Assembly (NCBI RefSeq): GCF_964204865.1
Contig: NC_135250.1
Location: 6,820,001 to 6,884,000 of the forward strand
Origin: Styela clava
Lineage: Eukaryota
Direction: 5' to 3'
DNA length: 64,000 bases
This document shows positions 1 to 11,500 of the stretch, one piece after another. Positions within the stretch are counted from its first letter, which is position 1. Every line of letters begins with the position of its first letter. Made by a program: the position numbers and the translations under genes. The notes under the pieces are model-generated. The model was given only the letters and a program-made list of their open reading frames with translations. It ran no database searches and was not told where the DNA came from.

Positions 1-3000
1 GACATGCTCCCGGCACAAATTCGCAAGATCATTGCATATCTGTAGAGAAACATAAAATAACAACATTTTTAATGAAAGAGCTTCCAAAATTATATAGATC
101 AGAGTTTCTCAAACTGAATGCCTGATCTTCCTAGTGGGGTAAGGAACTTTGGGGGGGGGGCACAAGTAAAAGCCTGGGCCCAACCTAAAGCCTAAAAAAA
201 TACTGTATCATTCATGATGAGTACATTAATTTAAAGTAGGCTATATTGACAGTGATTTGTTCAACTTTTTGACTGCAATGCATTTAATCATTTTGCTTTC
301 ATTTGTTGGCGGAAGGAGGCCATGGAGCATTGAGTGTCTTTGGAAGGAGGCCATGGAGCATTGAGTGTCTTTGGAAGGAGGCCACGGAGCATTGAGAGTC
401 TTTGGAAGGAGGCCACGGAGCATTGAGAGTCTTTGGAAGGAAACCATGGAGCATTGAGTGTCTTTGGAAGGAGGCCATGGAGCCTTACGAGTCTTTGGAA
501 GGAGGCCACGAACCATTGAGAGTCTCGGAAGGAGGCCATGGAGCATTGAGAGTCTTTGGAAGGAGGCCACGGAGCATACAGTGTCTTTGGAAGGAGGCCA
601 TGGAGCCTTACAAGTCTTTGCAAGGAGGCCACAAACCATTATGAGTCTCGGAAGGAGGCCATGGAGCATTGAGTGTCTTTGGAAAAAGGCCAAGGAGCAT
701 TAAGAGTCTTTGGAAGGAGGCCACGGAGCATTGAGAGTCTTTGGAAGGAGGCCATGGAGCATTGAGTGTCTTTGGAAGGAGGCCATGGAGCCTCACAAGT
801 CTTTGGAAGGAAGCCATGAAGTATTAAGAGTCCTCGGAAGGAGGCCATGGAGCATTGAGTATATCTGGAAGGAGGCCATGGAGCATTGAGTGTCTTTGGA
901 AGGAGGCCACGGAGCATTGAGAGTCTTTAGAAGGGGCCACGAAACATTGAGAGTCTTGGAAGGAGGCCATGGAGCATTGAGTGTCTTTGGAAGGAGGCCA
1001 CGACGCAATTGAGAGTCTTTGGAAGGAGGCCATGAAGCCTTACGAGTCTTTGGAAGGAAGTCATGCAGCATTGAGAGTCTTTGAAAGGGGCCACGAACCA
1101 TTGAAAGTCTTGGAAGGGGGCCATGGAGCATTGTGTGTCTTAAGAAGAAGACCATGGAGCATTGAAAGTGTTTGGAAGGAGGCCGCAAATCATGACAGTT
1201 TGGGAACCATTGACATCGATTCATGCTGGAATAAACTTGAGGCCCATTTTTCAGATCTTAGTAAGTAGGCCCTATTTGCTGCCTATCTGGCTATGATGTA
1301 CGATGGTTATTAAAATGATAGTTAAATAATGCTGAAGCAGTAGCATATAAAGCCATCTTATCAAATGAGTATAAGAATCCAACACAATGCACACCTTTTT
1401 GCACAGTAATCCCAAATATCCAGATCTTGCATAATAACGGGAGACAGATTCCATTTGTCGAATCGCTGCTATGAGAGCTGGCAGAATAATATTGACTGCA
1501 ATAGCAGGATTATTCTCATGGTGAAGCTGTTCCAGATGTCGTCTGAGAGCTTCTAGGTATTTCACTTTGTCTTTGGTTTCGTTTTGAGCATCAGTGATAC
1601 TGAATAAAAGAATATGACAGAGAAATATGATGGTGATAATGGCATAATGATTGGATAGAATTTACTATTTACATATTTATCCAGGGGGACAGGAAAACCA
1701 ATAAGACGGCTCAATCATGGCCTCTTGTCCGATTACCAGTCCATGTGGGGTATTGGATTAGTTAGCCAATTATTTGTTTTTGGAAGCATGGACATGTGAG
1801 AAAGCCGTAATGACAATAGCCTTTGGCAAATTGCAGAAAAGTGGGATGAGAGTTGCATAATTCTTTTGGGGAGAAATCGAACAATAAGAGCATAAGTCTA
1901 ACTCTGGTATAAGTATAGATAACTAGTGATTCGTTTCAGCTGCATGAATCTGAATGATGCAAAAAGCCACAATGAACCGGCCGGCACATAAACCGCGCTG
2001 TGACAGTAAGAAGTCCAGCAATTCTCTCTTGCAAACAAATTTTTACAAGAATTTTTAACTCATTCAGGATAATTGGAACAGCGATGTATATCCTGAAAAC
2101 ATATTTTTGTCCTATTTTAGTCGTTTCGCAAGCAAATATTATACTTAGTATATTGACGACAAGATGGCAAAGTAGTACTTTTTTCAAACTTTAGTGGTTA
2201 AAATAAACTTATTTAATCAAGACTTACAATAAATCCATTGCTTTCCATTTCTTTAGTAATTTGGATTTTGCTTGGATAAGAACACCAATAACATTCTTGC
2301 ATTCTTTTGTTTTCAATTGTTCCATAATTGTTGCCAGTACTCGCTGTCTTCTGTGCCATCTGTCAACTTCAGTCAGTGGACCAGAGTGAACATCCAGAAG
2401 ACTGAAGAAACAGAAATTTGAAAAAATTAGAATTTCCCTATTTATCTTAGGGGCCAGGAAAGTCGATAAGATGGCTTAATCATATGGCAAACCACGTCCT
2501 CTCCTCTGATATGTTCATGTCGGGTATGGGGATAGTTAACTAGATATTTGTTCCAGATGCATGGACTTGATGGTGGAGGAGTCGTAACCCAACAGCAGTT
2601 AAATAAACCACTCTACGACGGCAATAACTCCAGCAATCCTATCGCATATAATTATTCGTCACAAGATTCAGACCCCTCAAACCCACACAGGGTAATGATT
2701 TGCCAACCATCCAGTTATTTGCTAGTGAACGCTTTAGATTTGGCATAACATAAGATGTTTTGATTTGATTGACTTGATTGATGTAATGGATTGTCACAAA
2801 AATAGTCTATGGCCACAACTTCAAAAACTATGCATAAAATACTACGCACTCACTTAATAACATATGCAATAGCTATGTGAACATAGCAGGCTATTTAGAA
2901 CTAGAAACATGTTGATTTTGAAAAAATTATTTTATTACGTCCTCTTATCCAAACCAGGCCAAACATGAACATAAAATCTTCTTATACCTCTTGAGTGGCT

Positions 3001-6000
3001 TTATTAACAATATTACAGTCATGGGTCATAGTCACACTCAAACAGAATTCACCCACAGTTAGGAAATAGATTGTGAAGTTTCGCATGCATTTTTTGTTAA
3101 AAACACACACAATTTCCAGTATATAAGAGAAATATCAAAAATGGTTACCGTTCATCATTTCCTTCCGACAATACACCATCAATAGTTTGCATCCAATCTT
3201 GAACAACTGATTCATATTCTCTTATAACAGCACTATCAAACTGACTACTGATACGATGTTGCTTGAAATCGCTGCTGACGAGAGTCTCTGGAAGTCGGAG
3301 TATCTAAATGAAAAAATAAGTTAATGTCAACTTGTTATGCACAATCATTTTAAGGGATTTTACCCTATCTTTTCATGAAATGTATGAAGCTTTCTTGACC
3401 TTAGGATAACTATCAAAGCCTTACCATATATAATATATTTTTGTGTCTTTATTGGCCAAGTTAATATACCCCTTTGCCCATAGGCTTCAGTCCCTTTCCA
3501 CAACTTGATGTAAAGTGAGCGAACAAAATTAGTTACCTCCATATTGGTACACATACTTCTGGAGTGCGCATTTAAGGCTATTTTGCTCTATCATTTTTTC
3601 ATTAACCCTACTCACTTGTTGTTTGGTTGCATCACTTTTATTCGTAGCTGAAGCAAATACATTGACGTATTTTTCAACATTGTGTAAAAACTGTTGCTTG
3701 TGATCAGTAGGACATTTCTGCCAGTCTCTTTGAGATCGGAGCAATGGATAAAATACCTTCGAACAAAATAAATAAAAAAAGGTTAGCTTTGAATTTTTAC
3801 ACTGGGATGGTAAATTAGTGTCATTTATCACGACTAAATTAAGAGATCATGTCATTTAAAACCGATTCATTTGATGCCAACGCGGATAAGTATAACTTGA
3901 AAAATTGGAACAGAATATATCAAATGGGATAGATAAACATTGTTAATAACCAATATCAATATTCAACAAAAATACCTGAGATAATACAGTGCTTAGTTGA
4001 TGAAGTGGATTGCTTTTAATTTCACCACAATATATATCTCTATGTAAATGCATAGGCTCAACTTCATTATGAGTGGATTGTCGAAGAAAGAATACGCAAA
4101 CAAAATCATTCATTCCAATGTTCTAGAAATCAAAAAGTTCACATGTTTATATATATACTATTATTGGACACAAAGTGAATATATGGATCAGTTTTCTAAA
4201 TTGTTGCTGTTATTTAGTTCCTTTGCAACTAAATAATCAATCAATTTCGAATTTCTGGTACCTAGATATTGAACGAGTCACTAGATGGCTATTTTGGGAT
4301 AAAAAAATCAGGTCTAGTGTCGTATCGTACCTCGAGTACTTCTAATGGGCGGAGCATAACAATTTTCGCATATGTCAATCCTAACCCCCTACGATTTCAT
4401 AGGGCGGTTCAAACTAGCTGCCATCCGAAACTCGCATACGTACACCCAAAATTGAGCAAGCTATTTCTCTCATTTTCTCGTCGCAACGATCTCGATATGA
4501 GAGAGATTGCTGCCATTGGTGAGATTTTTATTATCGGCGCAGATGCCATTTTTGGGCGATAGTAGGTATACTTTGGCAAGCTCTATGGCAAGATTGTGAT
4601 GTCGTAGTGACGTAATTTTGGCGTATGCCCTAGTCAGGTGGGGGTTAGGATTGACATGTAAAAAAATCGTTATGCTGCGCCCACTAGAAGCTCTTGAGAT
4701 ACAAAACTACACAAGACCCCAAAAATCTATCAGTAGGAGCATAACAGGAAAAAAATTCGTAGAAGTGGATAAACAATTTTATGGGTGCACCAGGTTATAA
4801 GACGCACTGTCAATGAATCGCTTAGATTGGACAGTTTATAAGGAACATGAACAGGTTTTGAAATAAGTAGTAAAAGTATTTAAAGCGCATCTTATGGTCC
4901 GTAAAATATGGTACCTTATTATGAACAAAATGTGATTATTATTATCGATGACTTTGAAAAGTGCTGTGGAGGGCTTTGGAAAGACCCAAGATAGCTTGGG
5001 TCTAATCATTATAAAGATTTTTGTCAATATTTACCGAGATGTTGATCAACGATGTTGTCATATTTAAATCTTCCTGCATCCATGCTCTGTTCTCTGGTCG
5101 TCGACCGTAAATGAATAACTTATTCAATCCATCAGCAGCAAAAAATTGTGTTACAACAGACAGTTGATTTGGATCAACTAGAAATTGCTCCAATGCTGTT
5201 GGGCTGAAAAATACAAAAATCCATTTAAATGAAACTCGATGAATATAGAAAAATAAGGCTTCTACTATAGCGTAAGTTTTACTGCCCTATGTCCTATAAA
5301 TGCATTGATTTTGCTTTTTTTCTGGAATGGCTTGTTCATTATTGAAACATGACAGTGAATACAGAATGGTCAGGAAATAATAATGTTTTAGTTGAGCTTA
5401 GATATTTTAACTTTGTAGGATTAAAATTTTTTGGCTTTACCCGAATGCCCGCAATCTCACCCAAGGTACAATAAATGGGTCTGGTATATTTTAGTCTCAC
5501 ATGCACTTCTAGTTGGCCTGGCTCAACAATTTTTGCATATGTCTTGTCTAACCCCCACATGACTATGTCACCAACGGACAATGGTGGATATACTGGGCAA
5601 ACTCTATGACATGATTGTGACGTCGTAGTGATGTAATTTTTAATAGACATAGTCAGGTGGGGGTTAGGAATAACATATACAAAATTCGGGTTCTAGTATA
5701 GTTTAGTACCACAAGTACTTCCAGTGGGCGTAGCATAACGAATTTTGTTATGTTATTCCTAACCCCCACCTGACTATACTATGTCATTCAAAAATTACGT
5801 CACTACGACGTCACATTCATGTCATAGAGCTTGCCAAGTATAGCTACTATCGTCCGAAATGGCCAATGGCCATCTGCGCCAACGATACCGAACTCACTAA
5901 CACCAGCCTTCCAAATAATATTATCCAAATAACCTGTCTGTATCATCAACTTGAAATGTCTCCTGAATTTTCGTCGCAATCCACCAATGTCTCTCATCCA

Positions 6001-6024
6001 TCTTGTTTAATCTGTCTTCAAAGA
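1..6024 (-). CDS. Axonemal dynein heavy chain, DNAH5/DNAH8 (outer-arm gamma)-like, N-terminal tail (DHC_N1); 5' part only, continues beyond the left edge
   Basis: Phase-compatible GT-AG exons: 5934-6024, 5035-5203, 3976-4122, 3616-3756, 3149-3303, 2228-2401, 1395-1599, 1-39. Translation includes GPLTEVDRWHRRQRVLATIMEQLKTKECKNVIGVLIQAKSKLLKKWKAMD...ITDAQNETKDKVKYLEAL...LIAAIRQMESVSRYY, which parallels the DNAH5/8 tail (GP..E...W.., AAKSKLLKTW, ITD..NEAKDNVKYL, AIRMIHSISRYY). Start may be the ATG at 6001 (MDERHWW) or in an upstream exon. Confidence 0.88.
311..1190. repeat. 31-bp intronic minisatellite, ~28 copies, consensus GGAAGGAGGCCATGGAGCATTGAGTGTCTTT
   Basis: Tandem periodicity is directly visible; lies in the dynein intron between exons 1-39 and 1395-1599. 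Confidence 0.95.
1655..2040 (-). mobile_element. Two degenerate fragments of a tRNA-derived SINE family
   Basis: Shares blocks (ataagacggctcaatcat, aagtccagcaattctctc, catggac) with copies at 2430-2750, 6385-6700, 24005-24095 and 37088-37250. Confidence 0.6.
2430..2750 (-). mobile_element. tRNA-derived SINE, near full length, diverged
   Basis: Reverse complement is colinear with the 6385-6700 copy (gtgggtttg..tctgaatc head; ctccaccatcaagtccatgcat core; gattaagccatcttatcgactttcc tail). Confidence 0.7.
3450..3570 (-). mobile_element. Partial MITE, same family as 25416-25621
   Basis: Reverse complement matches 25418-25525 (gcactccagaagtatgtgtaccaatatggaggtaactaattttgttcgc..tttacat..gggactgaa.cctatggg). 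Confidence 0.75.
4310..4719. mobile_element. MITE with ~80-bp imperfect TIRs and probable 8-bp TSD
   Basis: Left end ggtctagtgtcgtatcgtacctcgagtacttctaatgggcggagcataac..atgtcaatcctaaccccc pairs with the right-end reverse complement gggtcttgtgtagttttgtatctcaagagcttctagtgggcgcagcataac..atgtcaatcctaaccccc. Flanks aaaaaatc / caaaaatc. Confidence 0.8.
4780..4913. mobile_element. Tc1/pogo (Tigger-type) MITE end fragment
   Basis: tataagacgcac motif and a terminus cttatggtccgtaaaatatggTA resembling pogo-type ends; partner end not found. Confidence 0.35.
5477..5890. mobile_element. Two adjacent fragments of the 4310-4719 MITE family forming an inverted pair
   Basis: 5477-5686 has a left TIR and part of a right arm (gacgtcgtagtgatgtaatt..agtcaggtgggggttagga); 5688-5890 is the reverse complement of ~4530-4719. 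Confidence 0.7.
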
Positions 6025-6384
6025 CTAGATTGTGACATCACAATATCAATGAACTCCCATGTATAGATTGGGTACATCACATGACAATTCATCAATCACT
6101 ATATATTTTATCAGTCAAATGGAGAGATAACTGGGAAATAAAATAATATATAATAATATGCCAAATAGGAAATATAAATTGTCAAGGCATTTTATATATT
6201 TTTCTCATTTGCAAATATTGCATGGTAGAACAAAATAGCTGATGTTCGAGGAAACATCTATTAATCATTGTAATGTACTCGGTATGACTAACAGACTATA
6301 TGTTTTGACAGTCCATATTAAATATCTTAAATTTGCAAATGATAATTATATACAGAAATGGTACCCAAAAACAATAAGCAGATA

Positions 6385-6700
6385 TGTGGTGGTGGGACGC
6401 AGCATTAGAAATATGCTAACCACTGCATCCCTGTTTATCCCATGTGGGTTCGCAGGTTTGAATCTTGTGGTGGATAATTATCACATGGTGTGTCATAGGG
6501 TGGTTCACATAACCGCGGGTTGATTGAGACTTTCTCCAATATAAAGTTCATACATTTGAAACAATTAACTAACTAATCCCATACTTGGCATGAACTAGTA
6601 CAGTAGTAACCAGACCAGAGACAGTGGTTCGCCTTACGGTTAAGCTGCCATATCAACTTTTCCCTCCCAGCCTCCTCAGGATAAATAGGTTAATCCTACC
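6385..6700 (+). mobile_element. tRNA-derived SINE, near full length
   Basis: B-box-like GGTTTGAATC in gtgggttcgcaggtttgaatc near 6445-6464, core agggtggttcacataaccgc, tail aactaatcccatac..gtggttcgcc..ggataaata; several dispersed copies in the window. Confidence 0.7.
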
Positions 6701-7213
6701 CTAAAAGAAAAAAAATAGTGGACTTCAATAAATAGTAATATGATGAAACTTATTTAAGTATAATAGATATCTGAATATCTGAATATCAGAATGACATCTG
6801 TCGGCGGTTCTGTGGTTTCAGGGTTAAGTGTCTCTGTGACTGGAGAGTGTCCTTTTACAGCTTCATCGCATATTTTCAGCTTTTGCCTATTTTCATTATT
6901 ATCTGTATATTTGTTTGTTTAAATTGTGTATTTCTATACCACACTTAATTTGTTTAATGGGAGTGCTGTAGTAAACGCATTGCTATGATTATGTGCCCAT
7001 ATCGGTGACGGTGCCGACTGTCAACTGGCATTCTGCCAGTGGCCTATGGTATTTTCTGACTTGTCTGCATCGTCAATATAATCAAGTTTAATACAAAATA
7101 AGTGAGCTTCATTCACAAGTTCTAACTCCCAAGTGACATCACAAATGCCAAACTTTGTTTAATTATTTCGTCACAAAATTGCTACCGGTAATTCTGGCGC
7201 TTCTGGCGTTGAT

Positions 7214-7227
7214 GTTTCCATGGCGAT
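7214..7227 (-). promoter_or_regulatory. RFX X-box upstream of the dynein gene
   Basis: Minus strand ATCGCCATGGAAAC fits the X-box consensus RYYNYYATRRNRAC at every position and lies 5' of a ciliary gene. Confidence 0.65.
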
Positions 7228-8564
7228 TTGTATCGCCACCTTGTGGATACAGAGAGAGAGATTTATTATTTTGTCAACCAAAAACAACCAGTCATCAATA
7301 CGAAAAAATACATAACACAAATAAAATTGCTTTGGTATTGACGGGAGAGAGTGATACGACCAACCCTATTTGCTGAAGTGATGAAGGTTCACATTGAAGA
7401 CTTTTAAAAATTCGATGTAATCTCAGAAAACTATTGGGGGAGGGCATGTTTTATTGAGAACTCATTTACACAATAAAAGTTCTATATGCTTTATGATTAG
7501 ATGATGGAAAATACTAATATTTAGAAACATTCGATATAAGAAAAGAGAGAGAAAAAAATATATATACATATATAAACTCTATATCAGTGGATGACGGGCT
7601 CGAAAAAAATGTGGTAAAAATGTATCACCAGCATGACAAAAGATTATATGCATCTTGGTAGGATTACTAACATATTTAAGCCAGTAATAAAATATATTAT
7701 TTGGAAGCAGAACACAAGGGGGAATTCAAGTTGATTAATATGGCTACAACAGAATAGCAAATGGTCCAATAACCAAACTCAATCCAAATAATTGAGTTGA
7801 GGAAATTATCATTTAAATGTCATGTCTGGCTAAATGTATGCCAGTTTGAATATGGTAAAAGTAGGACACTCAATCCTCAAGATTTTTTGTTTTGTTAAAT
7901 ACGATGCAGCATTATTTAGTCCGGTTAGTTCCACACTAACATATGATGAAAATGAATTAATTACAAATTTTGTTTCGACTAAATGTCAAAATATAATACA
8001 AGATAGAATAGATAGGAACAATAACACTTTTTCATGTGTATTATTCAAATAGTCAGCGCGCGTCAACTCTCGTTCACACATACGTCTATTCTATAGTAGC
8101 CTACACTGATTACAAAATTTAATTAATAAATATACATCATTAACCAGATTCTGTTTCATACTGGGATTCAAAGAATGAGGAAATATTTAACAAATTGTTG
8201 AAACTTGACTTGCAAAAAAAACTGAGAACAAATATTTCATCGTCATCATTTCAGGATACGCATCATTGTACACGGTAATATATAAAGTTATTCTACGAAT
8301 CGCAGTGCCAATCACCGATCGCTGTACATATATACCCTGAGGCAACGTACGTGGTCGAAACATGATATATATAGGGTTAAGGTTACAAATAGGGAATATA
8401 TATAGTAAACTACTCACTTCTTATAATAAGTAGTGGCTTATTCGACGATTGGTTTCACATGAAACTGAAAGTTTGTTCAATATTGGGTAAACAACCGGAA
8501 AGAGACATAGCAAAGATATAACTGGATTAAAATTTATCGAAATGATCAAAACAACTTTTAAAAG

Positions 8565-11500
8565 ATGATTCCACTTGGAAAAAAGACGACGACACAGTTG
8601 TGTATTTTTACAATATCGTTTGCAATTGGTATAATGTTCTACAAAATAGTTAAGAATCCAAAATATATCGCAATTGTAGATCTACGGGAGAGAAAAGAAA
8701 AAGAAGTATTGACGAAGGTTTGTAATAGCTTGGAATGTGGAAATAGATCGATCTAATGATGCCAGAAATGTCTTCACTCGCTGTCATATTCGATTGAGTG
8801 ATATCAGCAAAACTTCCGTGTGAATTTCTGGGGGAACTCTGTAAGTCAACAGAAGAGTGTGGGCCACAGATATTTAATCAATGTTTGTATCTATGAAAAA
8901 CTTGCTGCTACATCTTAACTTGCAAATCTTATAAGATTCAGTTACTGTTGTGTAGTTTTGGGCATTATTCATGCATCACTTTTGTCAGGGACTAGGCTAC
9001 AAGACTCTTTATGGCACTCGATTTTATGAAATTCGTGTACAAAAACACGCCTATGGCTATGAATTACCCAACGTTTAGGATGATACGACAAATTATTTTA
9101 CGCCGCCGAATGGTTTGGAGGGAATTCCACTCTGAGATAGTTATATTTCTCGGTCAGCTTTCAACTACTTTCACACAGTCGCATTGTTATTCTAGGTCTC
9201 GATTTTAAGTCTAAAAGATTTTGTTTTCTCAACGATATTGTGGGCGAGAAACTAATAAACGCAAAGTAGCGTCTAGTTCTCTATTTTTTGAATTATTAAA
9301 ACCATTGTCTGGATATATATATACTTATTCATACAGGATGAATTGAGCATAACATCATCAAGCGAAAACCAAACTGAGACGACATGTTCTCCCATTCGAA
9401 GCTTTGTGTATTTGAAGACTCACAAGACGGGCAGTACAAGTTTATACGGAATTCTAAACAGATATATTGAAAAAAATAACATATACAACAGGGTAAGGAC
9501 ATTGGAACAGATAAACTTTTACTGAACGATAGTTGATTAATACGCTCTAATCAGGTTTTAAACTTGTGGCGATAACCGCCGTTCTCGATAGCACATAAAT
9601 ATTATACTTATCCACACAGTACCTTGGAGCACATGTTTTCGTTTTTCTTCGTTGCGATGCAAAGCGTTTCTCTAACATTGTCGCACGAAATATAAACAAA
9701 TTATATACCGTACTTGATTCTGGGGAAATTTTGAACTAGAGATTCTTGGTTCTTCCAACATTTTTGATTAATTACGGGCCTACAGGACCAGGTCATGGAA
9801 CTAGCTACATCCTACATGTATGTAAAATGCATCCTGTGCGCGAAAGAGATTCGAACGCCTTAAACTTCTATTTTTATTTTTTTTTATTCATATGCTTTAA
9901 GCATAAGAGTATTATTAACGTTCATTCCAGCGTTCACATCATTTTCCAGGTAAACGCGTTTCCTCGTCCATTTCTTGGAGGTTACCCGGGAACATTTAAA
10001 AGAAGCTTATGTGAAAGTATGTCAGCTAATAATACACAAACCCAGAGAAATGATGTTGTACAAGGAAACATAATACCTGATGTCGTATCGGGTCATTTTA
10101 GATTTAATAAAGAAGAGTTAAAAGCGTTATTGAATCCCGATGCCAAGTAAGCACCAGTTGCGAATCATTAGATATGCTTCACTCAATTTTGAGTTTCATA
10201 TCAGAATGCATTTATAAATATCTACTTCTTATCCGACAGAAAAACTGTCAACACTCCCGTGTGAAGATGATAATTTTAAAATTACAAATAAAAGGGGAAT
10301 TAACACTTTACCTAAAAGTCCTTGTCTTGTTTTGATTCAAAAGCAAGAAGAGTCCACTAGCACCCCGTTGCCGGTACCGAGTATAATAGGACTTAACTTG
10401 GCATGATTTGTTCAAATGTCTTTGCGTAATGAATTGTAATTTCTATTTTAGATACATCACAATATTACGAAATCCAATACAAGCATTTGAATCATCGTTT
10501 CACTATTATTACCTGACTCAATTGAAGAAACGCCATCTTCAGCATCCGGTAATGGCAATTTGATCATTTTGGCATGTCTTTATAAACTCAAATACTTGGT
10601 GTATTCATCACTCTCTAGCCCACGACACTTTTTTACGTAAATTTACTCGGAGCAAGGTCTCGCGCAGTCACCCAGCAATTGATCTCTGAACGAAGCTACG
10701 GACGACTAGGGATGGACCAGAATTAATTCCGGTGCATTGGAATCGATTCTCAAGGTTAAAACTTCGATTGCAAACAATGTGTAACGTTTTTTGGCAAGTC
10801 CTCCACATATATGTATAAACTGCTTTACTGTTATGCTGAGTTCATACGACGCCGCAAACTACACTATATATATATATATATATTTTTTTTTTTTGCTAGA
10901 AGCTGGAAAGATGTTACGTTTATTTATTGTAAAAATCTCTGTGGGTTCGGAGGGATTCGTTTTTTTGTGCGATTTTGTATACTGTGACAGATTAAACACC
11001 CATACTACTTAGTTTTGGCCTTCTTGTCCGTCCATATATTTGAACATCGCCCTCTTGTTTAATTTCACGTGGTATTGTTAAGTGGGTATGCTTTCTCGGA
11101 AAATATGCCGAGGAATGGAGATTCGGAATTGAGAATCGAAATCGAAAATTTAGGATTCGGATGAGAATCAAATACTTGTAAGTAGTCATACTTGGCATCC
11201 TCACGGACTACTACGAATGACACAAGAGCTACTGAGATTATAAAAAATCATAGCGTGTAACAACGCGTTGGTAAATGTCGATTGACACGAGACAAAATGC
11301 AGTTCATATCAATACGATAAGGGATACAGATATGAGATGAAAATTTCACAGAAGTGAAGTTCTTGAAAAAAATTCTGGAGATAATTTTTTTGTCCTCTGG
11401 GCACGCTGACAGTAAACGGCTGAGGGCTTTATTGGAATCACAAATATTTCACTAATAATTTTATTTTCCTATCATATGTGAGTGGATTCGATGGGATTGT

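Noticed and set aside
241-1268. Ten overlapping ORFs on both strands; also a superficially CRISPR-like periodicity
   Set aside because: They are translations of a 31-bp intronic minisatellite. There are no unique spacers and no cas genes, and the context is eukaryotic.
6790-6902. Possible upstream dynein coding exon (NNENRQKLKICDEAVK..)
   Set aside because: An acceptor is present, but I found no phase-1 donor to join it to exon 5934-6024. It may be UTR, so it was left out of the model.
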